From positions 32,001 through 96,000 of the IMG/VR virus record IMGVR_UViG_3300035703_000027: 64,000 nucleotides of DNA; one strand, 5' to 3'. Under the pieces are notes generated by a model. The model was not told the origin of the DNA, ran no database searches, and saw only the letters and a program-made list of their open reading frames with translations. The translations under genes were made by a program, and so were the position numbers. This stretch comes from a virus. Of the stretch, positions 36,091-44,237 are shown piece after piece (positions within the stretch are counted from its first letter, which is position 1; every line of letters starts with the position of its first letter).

Positions 36091-36796
36091 GGGGCACTCC
36101 TTCCAGCACGGCATGGTGGGCCGCGATCAACGCAGGCAGCTCGTCGTTCAGCAGCGAGCGCAGCATGGGCGGCGTCGCCGCAATCGCCGGCCCGAGCACC
36201 CCGAGGCAGGCCTCCAGCATCGCCAGGCGCTCGTGGTCGAACGCGCCGGCCGCCGGGGATGCCCCGCGCACGCTGCACGCGGGCGACGTTGGCGCAGCGT
36301 GCGCGCTGCTCGCGAGCTGCTCTGGCGCTGCGTGCGTGTTGCGCCGGCGCCGCGAGCGGCACCAGCCGCACAGCCCCTCGTGGATGACCATTGCGGGCCC
36401 AGCGGCTCCGCATGCCTCGCAGGGCGTGGCCGCCTCAACGGGCCGCGTCGGTTGGGGCTCGGGGACCGCGGGCGCGAGCAGCGCCGCCACCTCCGCGGTC
36501 CACTTCCCGGTCCACACGCCGGACGCGACGGCCCGCCGGTGGGCCCGGCTGTAGCACGTTGCGCAGACGCCGTGCGCCGTGGCCTTGCGCCGGCACCCGA
36601 GGACGCACCAGCGCGCGCGCTTGGCCTTGGGGCGCTTGGCCTTGCGCGCCAGCCGCGGCGTCCACGTGCCATCCTGCACGGCCTCGCGACGCTTGGCCGA
36701 GTAGCACGTCGAGCACATCCCGCGCGCGTAGATGGGCCTGCTCTGACAGGCCGTGCACATCCCTGCCGGCTCCACCGGCGTCGTCGGTTCTGACAT
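36083..36796 (-). CDS. Cys-rich zinc-finger protein, tandem paralog 2
   Basis: GMCSTCYS, GVCATCYSR, GLCGWC; C-terminal MLEACLG.LGPA.A..P..LR.LL.DELPALI.AH. Confidence 0.65.
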   Translation of the reverse strand: MSEPTTPVEPAGMCTACQSRPIYARGMCSTCYSAKRREAVQDGTWTPRLARKAKRPKAKRARWCVLGCRRKATAHGVCATCYSRAHRRAVASGVWTGKWTAEVAALLAPAVPEPQPTRPVEAATPCEACGAAGPAMVIHEGLCGWCRSRRRRNTHAAPEQLASSAHAAPTSPACSVRGASPAAGAFDHERLAMLEACLGVLGPAIAATPPMLRSLLNDELPALIAAHHAVLEGVPHA

Positions 36797-36817
36797 GATG
36801 AACCCTCCCAAACATCG

Positions 36818-36852
36818 TGATAATTGGCATTATCAAGCCGGAAATCCGCAAA
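36818..36852. promoter_or_regulatory. palindromic operator-like site TGATAAT-N4-ATTATCA plus ATCCGCAAA
   Basis: Perfect 7-bp inverted repeat; second copy at 38742-38774. Confidence 0.55.
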
Positions 36853-36883
36853 GCCTCGTAGGTAGACGCTTTTGGCCGTCCGC

Positions 36884-37549
36884 CTAGAGTTCCCCCAGTG
36901 CTCCCCACAGCTTGCGGTCGTCGTCTGTGCAGCAGGATCCCAGGTGTGTTTCGGCATGCTCGTGGATGGCAGATCGCAACCGCTCCACTTCCCACCTCAA
37001 GGCGACTTTGGCCTGCTCGACATCGGCCAGCCTGGCCTCGGCTTCCACGAGCTTCTGGTGTGGCGACTTTCCAGTCTTTCGCTGGATCGTCAGCGTCACG
37101 GCCTCCTTCCCGAGGCCACCCATGTCTATGCTCAGGTAGTCCTCGACATCGGAGAGTTCCAGCATCTGCACCAGACCTGCCAGGAGAGCCCGAAAGACCT
37201 CGGACTTGAAGGTGAAGCTGCCCTTGCTGAACGCCACCAGACTCGCCATCTCTGGTTCCATCAGTTCGCGGATATTCGTTCGCAGGCGCTCGTTTTCCGC
37301 CTCCAGCTCTGCGATGTGGGCCTCATCGCTCGCCATGTCCTCGCAGTGGTTCGAGCAGTAGCCGTGGAAGATGGGGTGGCAGTCCTTGGCCCCGCAGCGC
37401 TTGCAGTCGGGGCCCACCTGGTAGCCCGTCACGGGGTCGATCGTGTAGGTCCACTCGTAGCCGTCCGCTGCGATCGCCTTGAAGGGGCCCGGTTCGACGG
37501 GGGTCGGACCCCCTTCCGTGCGGCCCTTGTCAGACTTCTTGCGTGTCAT
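36884..37549 (-). CDS. hypothetical protein with CxxC motif and Ead-like C-terminus
   Basis: GGAGG RBS; ends EVERLR...DDRKLWGALG. Confidence 0.6.
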   Translation of the reverse strand: MTRKKSDKGRTEGGPTPVEPGPFKAIAADGYEWTYTIDPVTGYQVGPDCKRCGAKDCHPIFHGYCSNHCEDMASDEAHIAELEAENERLRTNIRELMEPEMASLVAFSKGSFTFKSEVFRALLAGLVQMLELSDVEDYLSIDMGGLGKEAVTLTIQRKTGKSPHQKLVEAEARLADVEQAKVALRWEVERLRSAIHEHAETHLGSCCTDDDRKLWGALGEL

Positions 37550-37883
37550 TTTCCACCTCCACCTCCACATCCTCGATGCCGATCGACGCCCACAGCTCGC
37601 GGTCCTGTGGCGTAAATGCCTCGATCGGTTGAGTCGCGGCGTGCAGCAGAATCGCGCCCGTCAGCCGTTTGACCTCTGCCACCAGGTCGCTGAGGTCGGT
37701 GGGGGCGCTGGCGATGAGGTCGGCGTCGCCCTGGGTCTGGCACTTTGCGACGTACAAAACGTCGTCGCCATCCGTTACCACCAGTGGCGCGTATCCTTGG
37801 TCTGCGGGTGCCTGCTGCTTCACGCTCCAGTCTCCCGGCGTCGCCGCTGCGAGTCGAGCCTGGATGGGTTCCAGGTCAAACAC
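37530..37883 (-). CDS. Ead/Ea22-like protein
   Basis: GAGGAGG plus GTG; FDLEPIQARLAAATPGDW...DADLIASAPTDLSDLVAEVKRL. Confidence 0.7.
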   Translation of the reverse strand: MFDLEPIQARLAAATPGDWSVKQQAPADQGYAPLVVTDGDDVLYVAKCQTQGDADLIASAPTDLSDLVAEVKRLTGAILLHAATQPIEAFTPQDRELWASIGIEDVEVEVENDTQEV

Positions 37884-38268
37884 CTGGCACCTCCTCGTGA
37901 TTGGGCTCCCGCAGCCACTCAACCAACCGATCCCAGGACTCCTCGCCGCAGTAGCAACCCAAGGCGAAGGACAGGATCGACTTTGCCGTCTGCGGCTTCT
38001 CGTCGATCATGAAGCCCAGCGCATGGCGGATGACCTCAACGACGTGCCCCATCATCTCCGTGTTGCCGTCGCGCTCTAGGTGTAGTTCTGCGATGTGCTC
38101 GGCTTGCTGCTCGTCCAGGCGGGTCCGCAGCCGCTCCACCTCATCCACCAGGTCGCCGAGGTCATCGCGGATGCCCACCCAAGGGTAGTCATCTTCAAGT
38201 GCGTCGGAGACGGAGAGTGACTTCCTCGATTCCGCCAGCTTGGACTTGATGAAATGAAGGTTAAGCAT
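37876..38268 (-). CDS. Ead/Ea22-like protein
   Basis: MLNLHFIKSKL...DLGDLVDEVERLR. Confidence 0.65.
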   Translation of the reverse strand: MLNLHFIKSKLAESRKSLSVSDALEDDYPWVGIRDDLGDLVDEVERLRTRLDEQQAEHIAELHLERDGNTEMMGHVVEVIRHALGFMIDEKPQTAKSILSFALGCYCGEESWDRLVEWLREPNHEEVPGV

Positions 38269-38386
38269 TTGGTATCCTTTCGGTGGGGCGTCCGACCCCC
38301 GTCGGACGCTCTTGGGGAGTGGGTTTGAGGCTGCCCAGATGGGGCTTGTTTCGACGGGGGTCGGACCCCCGTCCGACGGGTGTCGA

Positions 38387-38719
38387 TCAGCGGGCGCGAC
38401 CCTTGGGGGCGTAGACCACGCCGTTGACGATCACGTCCGCCAGCTCCGGGGTGTAGCTGATGGTGGTCGCGCCCCTCGCGTCCAGGACCGCCCGCAGCCG
38501 CTTCACCTCCTCCACGAGGTCCGCGACGAGGCGGGGCGAGTCCGCGATGAAGGTGGCGTCTTTGGCGTCGCTTACGCGGTCGTTACCCTGTCGCGAGCAG
38601 ACATGCCAGCGACCGACCGTGGCGACCTCGTAGGTGTCCTCCCACCGGGACCCGGCGACGTACCATGTCCCCGGCATGATTTCTTTCAGACGGGCCTCGA
38701 TGGCATCCAGGTTGAGCAT
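38387..38719 (-). CDS. Ead/Ea22-like protein
   Basis: MLNLDAIEARL...PGTW...DATFIADSPRLVADLVEEVKRLR. Confidence 0.7.
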   Translation of the reverse strand: MLNLDAIEARLKEIMPGTWYVAGSRWEDTYEVATVGRWHVCSRQGNDRVSDAKDATFIADSPRLVADLVEEVKRLRAVLDARGATTISYTPELADVIVNGVVYAPKGRAR

Positions 38720-38741
38720 GTGGCACCTCCAAAAGGGTCGG

Positions 38742-38774
38742 GATAATCGGTCTTATCACGATCGGATCCGCAAA
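38742..38774. promoter_or_regulatory. second operator-like site GATAAT-N4-CTTATCA plus ATCCGCAAA
   Basis: Matches 36818-36852; also lies just upstream of a minus-strand gene. Confidence 0.5.
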
Positions 38775-38858
38775 ACGTCGCAACGGCGCCATTTTCCGGC
38801 CCGTCGCACCCCCGGGGCGTCCCCGGAGGACAGTTTCGCGCCAGATAACCAGGGCCGC

Positions 38859-39053
38859 CTACGCGAGCCCCGCCCGAACGGCCGCCCGGAGTTTCATCCT
38901 GGCCACCGCCTGGTTGATTCCAGCGGCGAGGGCCGCGGCGTCCACCGGGCCCGTCACCACCACCTCGCGCGCGCCCGCCCGGATCACCACGCTCTGCTGG
39001 CCCGTCAACGGGCACACCAGCGCCTTCGCCCGCGGCGCCTCTTGCTGCTGCAT
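38859..39053 (-). CDS. small hypothetical protein
   Basis: GAAGGAGG RBS before MQQQEAP. Confidence 0.55.
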   Translation of the reverse strand: MQQQEAPRAKALVCPLTGQQSVVIRAGAREVVVTGPVDAAALAAGINQAVARMKLRAAVRAGLA

Positions 39054-39102
39054 ATCGTCCTCCTTCGCATCGGGACCGGCAACCAAGCGCCGGCCCCCCG
39101 TC

Positions 39103-39129
39103 CCCATCCGTGTGGCGGGGCGCTTATGC
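39103..39129 (-). promoter_or_regulatory. class B motif GCATAA-N13-CGGATGGG
   Basis: Overlaps the dnaN stop codon. Confidence 0.6.
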
Positions 39130-40236
39130 GAGGTTGAGCGGCATGATCAGCGCGAGGGGGCCCGGGTTGTCCGGGTTCGTCACGAACACCGGCCGCAGCG
39201 GCTCGGAAAACCCCAGCCGCGCCGCCGTCCCGGGCAGCGCGCGCAGGCTGTCGCGCAGGTACTGGCCGTTGAGCCGGATGCTGAAGGGCGCACCGCCCCA
39301 GTCGCAGTCCACCTGCTCCTGGCCGTCGCCCGAGGCCTCGCTGCCCACCTGCACGGTGAGCGCGTCCGCAGCCAGCGTCAGCGTCAGGATGCGCGCGTCG
39401 AGCCCCGTGGTCACCACGAGCGCGCGCTCCACGCACGCCAGCAGCTCCGCCCGCAACACGTCCACCTCGATGGGCGACGAGGGCGGGATGATGGCGGCCA
39501 CGTTGGGGTAGCCGCCTGCCGCCAACCGGCTCGTCAGGTAGCGGTTGCCCACCGCAAAGCCGACCCGGTTGTCGTCCAGCGCCACGATGCGCACCTCCGC
39601 GGGCGCGCAGTCCTTGATGAGCCGGCCCACCTCCACCATCACGCGGCGTGCCACCACGATCTCGAACGCACCCGGCCCCATGCCCGTCGCGCGGTAGCGC
39701 GCGAGCCGCGAGCCGTCGCACGTGTAGATGGTCAGCTCGTCGTTCGCCAGCGTCAGGCTCGCCGCCGACTTGAAGTCCACGGCCGTCTCGTCTGCGCAGT
39801 AGAGCGTTGAGGCCAGCGCCTCTGCCAGCACGTCCGCCGGCAGCGTCACGCCCCCCTCCGCCGGCGCGTCGGGCACCGCGGGGTAGTCCTCGGGCGACAG
39901 CCCGCGCAGCGTGTACCGGCTGCGCGCGCACGTCAGCCGCGTGCCCGTGCCGTCGCTCTGGAGCGTCAGCTCGGCCTCCGGCGAGGCCGTGAGCTTGTCC
40001 ACCAGCGCGCTGAAGGTGCTCCACGGCAGCGTGGCCGCGCCGGCCGCGAGCACCTGGCCGCTCAGCTCGGCGCGCAGCGTCAGGCCGAGGTCGCTCGCGC
40101 GGAACACGATGCGGCCGGACATGTCTGCTTCGAGCACCACGTGCTCCAGGATGGACATGATGCGCGTCCGCCCGGCCACCGGCTTCAGGTCGCGGACGGC
40201 CTCGCGCAAGGCGAGGCCCTTGAGGATGATGTGCAT
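39124..40236 (-). CDS. dnaN: DNA polymerase III beta sliding clamp
   Basis: ILEHVVLEA...FRASDL; YTLRGLSPEDYP; IYTCDGSRLA; LTSRLAAGGYPNVAAIIP; IRLNGQYLRDSL; ALIMPL; 370 aa. Confidence 0.88.
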   Translation of the reverse strand: MHIILKGLALREAVRDLKPVAGRTRIMSILEHVVLEADMSGRIVFRASDLGLTLRAELSGQVLAAGAATLPWSTFSALVDKLTASPEAELTLQSDGTGTRLTCARSRYTLRGLSPEDYPAVPDAPAEGGVTLPADVLAEALASTLYCADETAVDFKSAASLTLANDELTIYTCDGSRLARYRATGMGPGAFEIVVARRVMVEVGRLIKDCAPAEVRIVALDDNRVGFAVGNRYLTSRLAAGGYPNVAAIIPPSSPIEVDVLRAELLACVERALVVTTGLDARILTLTLAADALTVQVGSEASGDGQEQVDCDWGGAPFSIRLNGQYLRDSLRALPGTAARLGFSEPLRPVFVTNPDNPGPLALIMPLNLA

Positions 40237-40260
40237 GGGACACCTCGGGTGAGTGAGGCG

Positions 40261-40369
40261 GGCCCGACAAAAAAGCCGACCCCCGGCAAGCGCCAAGGGC
40301 CGGCTGAAACATCAGTCGGGCCAGCGGTCGCGACTGGTTAGGTCGCTGCGTTCGGGTGTCGAAAGTATA
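40261..40369 (-). promoter_or_regulatory. promoter and structured leader with intrinsic terminator upstream of dnaN
   Basis: TGCTATACT (-10, 40364-40372); GCCGGCCC...GGGGUCGGC-U6 hairpin at 40269-40304. Confidence 0.55.
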
Positions 40370-40390
40370 GCACGGGCCCCCCGCCGCTTG

Positions 40391-40705
40391 TCAGCGGGCC
40401 CGGTGCTCCAGCGCCAGCAGTTCCTGTGCCAGCGGGCCCGCCACCTCGCCGGACAGCCCGTGCGACGCCAGGTGCGCCAGCGCATGGTCCATCGCCAGCA
40501 CGAGGCTCTCATACGTCTCGGGCGCCAGCATCTGCGCCAACTGGTTCGCCGCGAGGTCCATTTCGGGAATCACAGGCAGGGACGCGCCGCGCTCCGACTC
40601 CGCCACCGCCCACAGCACGCGCGCAAGCACCCCGAGCGGCACCCGGGGCCACCCCAGTTCCCCCTCCGGGCTCAGCAAGCTGTGCAGCAGCGCGTTGTAA
40701 GGCAT
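40391..40705 (-). CDS. hypothetical protein
   Basis: AGGAGG RBS before MPYNALL. Confidence 0.6.
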   Translation of the reverse strand: MPYNALLHSLLSPEGELGWPRVPLGVLARVLWAVAESERGASLPVIPEMDLAANQLAQMLAPETYESLVLAMDHALAHLASHGLSGEVAGPLAQELLALEHRAR

Positions 40706-40866
40706 CGTTGCCCTCCTGCGGTTTTGTCTACTATGGCAAACAAGCGAGGCCGATTCAAGGGGGTTGCGCAAGATGGCGGTGCGGACTTCCGACCGAAGCG
40801 CGGCCCCGGGGGTCGTTTTTGCGGCCGTCGGCGTGCTGGTTTGGGGTGATGCTCGGAAGGCAACAG

Positions 40867-41097
40867 TCAGGCGAACAGCAGCGCGTCCGCGCAGCCGTGG
40901 CAGCGAGGCAGCCCGGCCAGGGGCTCGCCCGCGAGGCTCAGCGTGTCGATCAGGCGGCTGCGCGCCGTGCGACTCGCGCACGCCGGGCACAGCGCCTGTA
41001 CCAGGCCGTCCGGCCCGATGGCAGCATACACCACTGGCCTCCCGTCCACCACGGCCGCCATGCGGCCCCGCTCCATGTAGCGCATCAACTCGAACAT
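40867..41097 (-). CDS. small CxxC...CxxC protein
   Basis: GAAGGAGG RBS; CPAC and CHGC. Confidence 0.6.
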   Translation of the reverse strand: MFELMRYMERGRMAAVVDGRPVVYAAIGPDGLVQALCPACASRTARSRLIDTLSLAGEPLAGLPRCHGCADALLFA

Positions 41098-41217
41098 GCT
41101 GCCTCCTTCCGGCCCACGGCCGCGCGCCATGGTGCCAGCCCGCCCGCGCCGCGCCGCCCGTTTTGCCACACGCCAAAACGCCCCGGCCGGAGCCGGGGCG
41201 CTGCGTTCCTGCGCGCG

Positions 41218-41523
41218 TCAGTCGCCGTCGGCCGCGGCGCGGTGATCCACCCAGAGGCGCACCTTGTCCGGGTCGCCGAAAAGCTGCGGCGGGCAGTGCG
41301 CCACCACCGCCCGGGCGATGTCCACCAGGTGGGCCTGCCCCACGGCGTCCACCTGGCATGCGGCACCGTACAGGTCGCCCGCCAGGATGGCCTCCACCAC
41401 CTCGCCGGGCGCGATGCCGTCGGCCAGGTAGTCCGCGATCTCCTGCGCGTAGTCGGGCCAGGCGGCGCTGCCCACTTCGAGAATCCTGTCGGCGGCCAGC
41501 GCCGCCTTGCGGTTGATGGTCAT
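41218..41523 (-). CDS. hypothetical protein, paralog of 41855-42148
   Basis: AWPDYAQEIADYL...AILAGDLYGAA...DIARAVVAHCP. Confidence 0.65.
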   Translation of the reverse strand: MTINRKAALAADRILEVGSAAWPDYAQEIADYLADGIAPGEVVEAILAGDLYGAACQVDAVGQAHLVDIARAVVAHCPPQLFGDPDKVRLWVDHRAAADGD

Positions 41524-41525
41524 GG

Positions 41526-41840
41526 CTACACCCACCGCGCCGCGTAGGCCTTGGAGCCGTACCGCGGCTCGATCGCCTCCCAGGCCTCGGGCGCCAGCTC
41601 CGGCCCCGCAGGCCCCGCCGCCACCGCGGCCTCGACGCGGGCCCGCGCCCCGGGGATGGGGACCACGCGGGGGGCGCTGTCGCCGTACTCGACGGCAGTC
41701 ACGACGCCGCCCAGTTCGACGTGCGCCCAGCGGCGCCCGTCGTCGGCCTCCGCCACGACGCGGAGGGCCTCGCCGGCCAGCAGCCCGCCGTCCTCGTCGT
41801 GGCCGTGGGGCACCAGGAATGACATGGTGGTGAGGTGCAT
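41526..41840 (-). CDS. hypothetical protein
   Basis: AAGGAG RBS. Confidence 0.55.
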   Translation of the reverse strand: MHLTTMSFLVPHGHDEDGGLLAGEALRVVAEADDGRRWAHVELGGVVTAVEYGDSAPRVVPIPGARARVEAAVAAGPAGPELAPEAWEAIEPRYGSKAYAARWV

Positions 41841-41854
41841 GGGGTGTCTCCTTC

Positions 41855-42148
41855 TTAGCCGCAGCAAACCATGACCCAGCGGTGCAGCTTGTCGTAGCTG
41901 CCATAGAGCGCCTTCGGGCAGCAGGCCGCCACGGCCTGGGCGATGTCGCGAAGGTGCTCGCAAGACGCGGCGGCGTACAGGTCGCCCGCCAGGATTGCCG
42001 CCACGTCGTCGTCCGGGTAGAGCCCGGCAACCAAGTAGTCCGCGATCGCCTCGGCCGCCTCGGGCCAGGCGGTTCCCAGGGCCCGGATCGCCGCGGCGCC
42101 CTTGGCGGCGTCGGCGCGCAGGCTGGCGCCGGTGGTTCCCTGTTTCAT
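41855..42148 (-). CDS. hypothetical protein, paralog of 41218-41523
   Basis: AWPEAAEAIADYL...AILAGDLYAAA...DIAQAVAACCP. Confidence 0.65.
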   Translation of the reverse strand: MKQGTTGASLRADAAKGAAAIRALGTAWPEAAEAIADYLVAGLYPDDDVAAILAGDLYAAASCEHLRDIAQAVAACCPKALYGSYDKLHRWVMVCCG

Positions 42149-42187
42149 CGTGTGGGCCTTTCGTGTCGGGTGGGGTGTCTGCCCGCC

Positions 42188-42214
42188 TTCATCCGTGCCC
42201 CGGCGCGATTATGC
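42188..42214 (-). promoter_or_regulatory. class B motif GCATAA-N13-CGGATGAA
   Basis: Upstream of ATG 42148. Confidence 0.55.
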
Positions 42215-42541
42215 GCGGCGCGCTGCGCGATCGGACCGGATGAGCGCGAGCACGGCGGCGCGCTCGGCGTCGCTCAGCGGGCGCGAGGCGCCCCGGTCGT
42301 CCTCGGCCACGAACACGAGCGGGCCGGCGAGCCAGTCGCCCGCGGCGTGCCACATCATGTTGGCGCGCAGCCCGAGCACCTTGGCGGCCGGGTTGCCCCA
42401 GGCGAACACCTGCGGGTACTCCGGCAGCCACGGGCCGAACACGTCGAGGTCCCCGCCCACGAGCTGCTGAAGGTCGCCGTACTTGCGCGGCAGCGGGATG
42501 AGGTCGGGGTTTGCGCCGGGGCGCAGGTGAATCGCTTCCAT
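42209..42541 (-). CDS. DUF3846-like small protein
   Basis: DLQQLVGGDLDV...N...DWLAGPLVFVAEDDRG...L. Confidence 0.55.
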   Translation of the reverse strand: MEAIHLRPGANPDLIPLPRKYGDLQQLVGGDLDVFGPWLPEYPQVFAWGNPAAKVLGLRANMMWHAAGDWLAGPLVFVAEDDRGASRPLSDAERAAVLALIRSDRAARRA

Positions 42542-42566
42542 CGGGCGGGCCTCTCGGGTCGGCACA

Positions 42567-42623
42567 ATTTTAAGCACGCGCGTGGCAATTCCCCGATCCG
42601 GTTGCCACACCCCGCCGGATACT
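42567..42623. promoter_or_regulatory. divergent pair of class A promoters sharing a GTGGCAA/TTGCCAC inverted repeat
   Basis: Minus: GGCAA(42602-42606)-N29-TAAAAT(42567-42572). Plus: GGCAA(42584-42588)-N29-GATACT(42618-42623). Confidence 0.65.
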
Positions 42624-42629
42624 CGGCAT

Positions 42630-43436
42630 GTGGTTCGCGCAGAGTTCGATGGTCGTGATTTCCGCTTGACCCTCCCCGCCACCTTGGTGAAGGGGGGCGG
42701 CAAGGCCGCGCCCGTCGGCGGGCGCCTGGTCGAGGGCGTCGCAAGCACCCCGGCGCAGGATCTCCACGGCGAGCGCGTCGAGCCGTCCGGGCTCGACCTC
42801 ACCTACTTCGAGCGCCACGGGCGCATCAACTGGGACCACGGCAAGGAGCCCAGCTCCATCATCGGCGAGCCCGTGGACTGGACATGCACGCCCAAGCAGT
42901 TCTACCTGCACGCGCGCCTGTACGAGAACGTGAAGCGGGCCGAGGACGCCTACGCGCTGCTGAAGGCTGGCGCGCAGCTCGCGTGGTCCGTCGAGGGCCG
43001 CGTGACCGAGCGCGACCCGGACGACCGGCTGCACGTCACGGGCGCCCTGGTGGTGAACGTGGCGCTGACGCCCAACCCGGTCAACCCGGAAACCACCGCG
43101 TTCCTGACGGATCGCGTGGCAAAAAGCGTCACCGAGGGCGCAGCCCTGGCACAGAATCAAGCCGGGGCCAGCTCCGACCTCGCACCCCTGGTGGTGCAGG
43201 CGCTGGAGGGCGCCCCGCAGAACCTTCTGACCGTGCACCTGGCGCTGGCGCCCACCTGCGGCTGTATGGCCTGGGACGCGGACGGCATGGGCTTCGTGCA
43301 CGGTTACGCGGGAGCTGTGGCGCACTTCAGCCGGTGCTGCGGTGCGCCCATCGACCAGGCGGCAGCCCTGGCACATCGTTATCGCGCGGTTGCCCGTGTC
43401 ACCGGGCGCCAGTTACGGAGGGAGAACAACCCATGA
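42630..43436 (+). CDS. prohead (capsid maturation) protease
   Basis: VEGVAST...DLHGERV...INWDH...IIGEP...WSVEG; sits immediately before scaffold and capsid. The start is uncertain. Confidence 0.85.
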   Translation: MVRAEFDGRDFRLTLPATLVKGGGKAAPVGGRLVEGVASTPAQDLHGERVEPSGLDLTYFERHGRINWDHGKEPSSIIGEPVDWTCTPKQFYLHARLYENVKRAEDAYALLKAGAQLAWSVEGRVTERDPDDRLHVTGALVVNVALTPNPVNPETTAFLTDRVAKSVTEGAALAQNQAGASSDLAPLVVQALEGAPQNLLTVHLALAPTCGCMAWDADGMGFVHGYAGAVAHFSRCCGAPIDQAAALAHRYRAVARVTGRQLRRENNP

Positions 43437-44191
43437 GCGAAGCCACGAACGCCCTGCGTGCGGCGCTGGCGGGCGAGGACGACCTGGAGAAGGGGCTTTC
43501 CCTCTTTGCCCAGGGCGATCCGATGCAGACCGGCGGCGCGGGACCCAACGGCGGGTTCCAGTTCGGCGAGGATGACGAGGCGGACGAGGCCGAGAAGTCC
43601 TACATCGACAACCCCGAGATGGACAAGGCCTACGACGAAGGCGACGACGACGAGGACTTTGACGACGAGGACGAGGACGAGGAAGGCGACGACGACGAGG
43701 ACGACATGGAGAAGTCGCTGCGCGCTCTGCTCAGCGAGGACGACCTGATCGCCAAGAGCCTCGACGCGGCCCCGGTGCTCGAAGCGCTGGTGGACGGCCT
43801 CGACGAGGTGGCGGAGGGCCTGCGCGGCGAGCTGCGCAAGGGCCTGCGCGAGTCGGCCGAGTCGAGCGACCTGATCGCCCGCGGCCTTGTGAGCGTCATC
43901 GAGGCGCAGCGCGAGCTGTCCGCGATGGTCAAGAGCCTGTCGCAGACGTTCGAGGCGATCGCCGGCAAGCCGGTGGCCCCGCCTCGCTCACAGCGGCCGG
44001 CGCACGTGCTGGAAAAGGGCATGGGCGCCACTGCTCAGGCCCCCGCGCTCAACGCCGACATGGTGGGCGCCAAGCTGCTCCGGGGCATCCAGGCCGGGAA
44101 GATCGACCCGGTGTGGGCACACCGCTACGAGACGCAGGGCAAGGATCCTGCCAAGCTCCCCGCCGATATTCTCAGCGCAATCCAGGACTAA
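43433..44191 (+). CDS. acidic scaffold/core protein
   Basis: GGAGGGAG RBS; Asp/Glu tract and coiled coil; eight hydrophobic-x-K/(S,A,G) motifs; located between protease and capsid genes. Confidence 0.7.
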   Translation: MSEATNALRAALAGEDDLEKGLSLFAQGDPMQTGGAGPNGGFQFGEDDEADEAEKSYIDNPEMDKAYDEGDDDEDFDDEDEDEEGDDDEDDMEKSLRALLSEDDLIAKSLDAAPVLEALVDGLDEVAEGLRGELRKGLRESAESSDLIARGLVSVIEAQRELSAMVKSLSQTFEAIAGKPVAPPRSQRPAHVLEKGMGATAQAPALNADMVGAKLLRGIQAGKIDPVWAHRYETQGKDPAKLPADILSAIQD

Positions 44192-44237
44192 CACGGGCTA
44201 GGCGGCCCGCTTGGGCCGGATAGGAGGAATGAAAGAC

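Noticed and set aside
40321-40350. GGTCGCGACTGG resembling the 5' part of a ZTP riboswitch
   Set aside because: It is on the strand opposite to dnaN and lacks the 3' CGCCUGGG pseudoknot partner.
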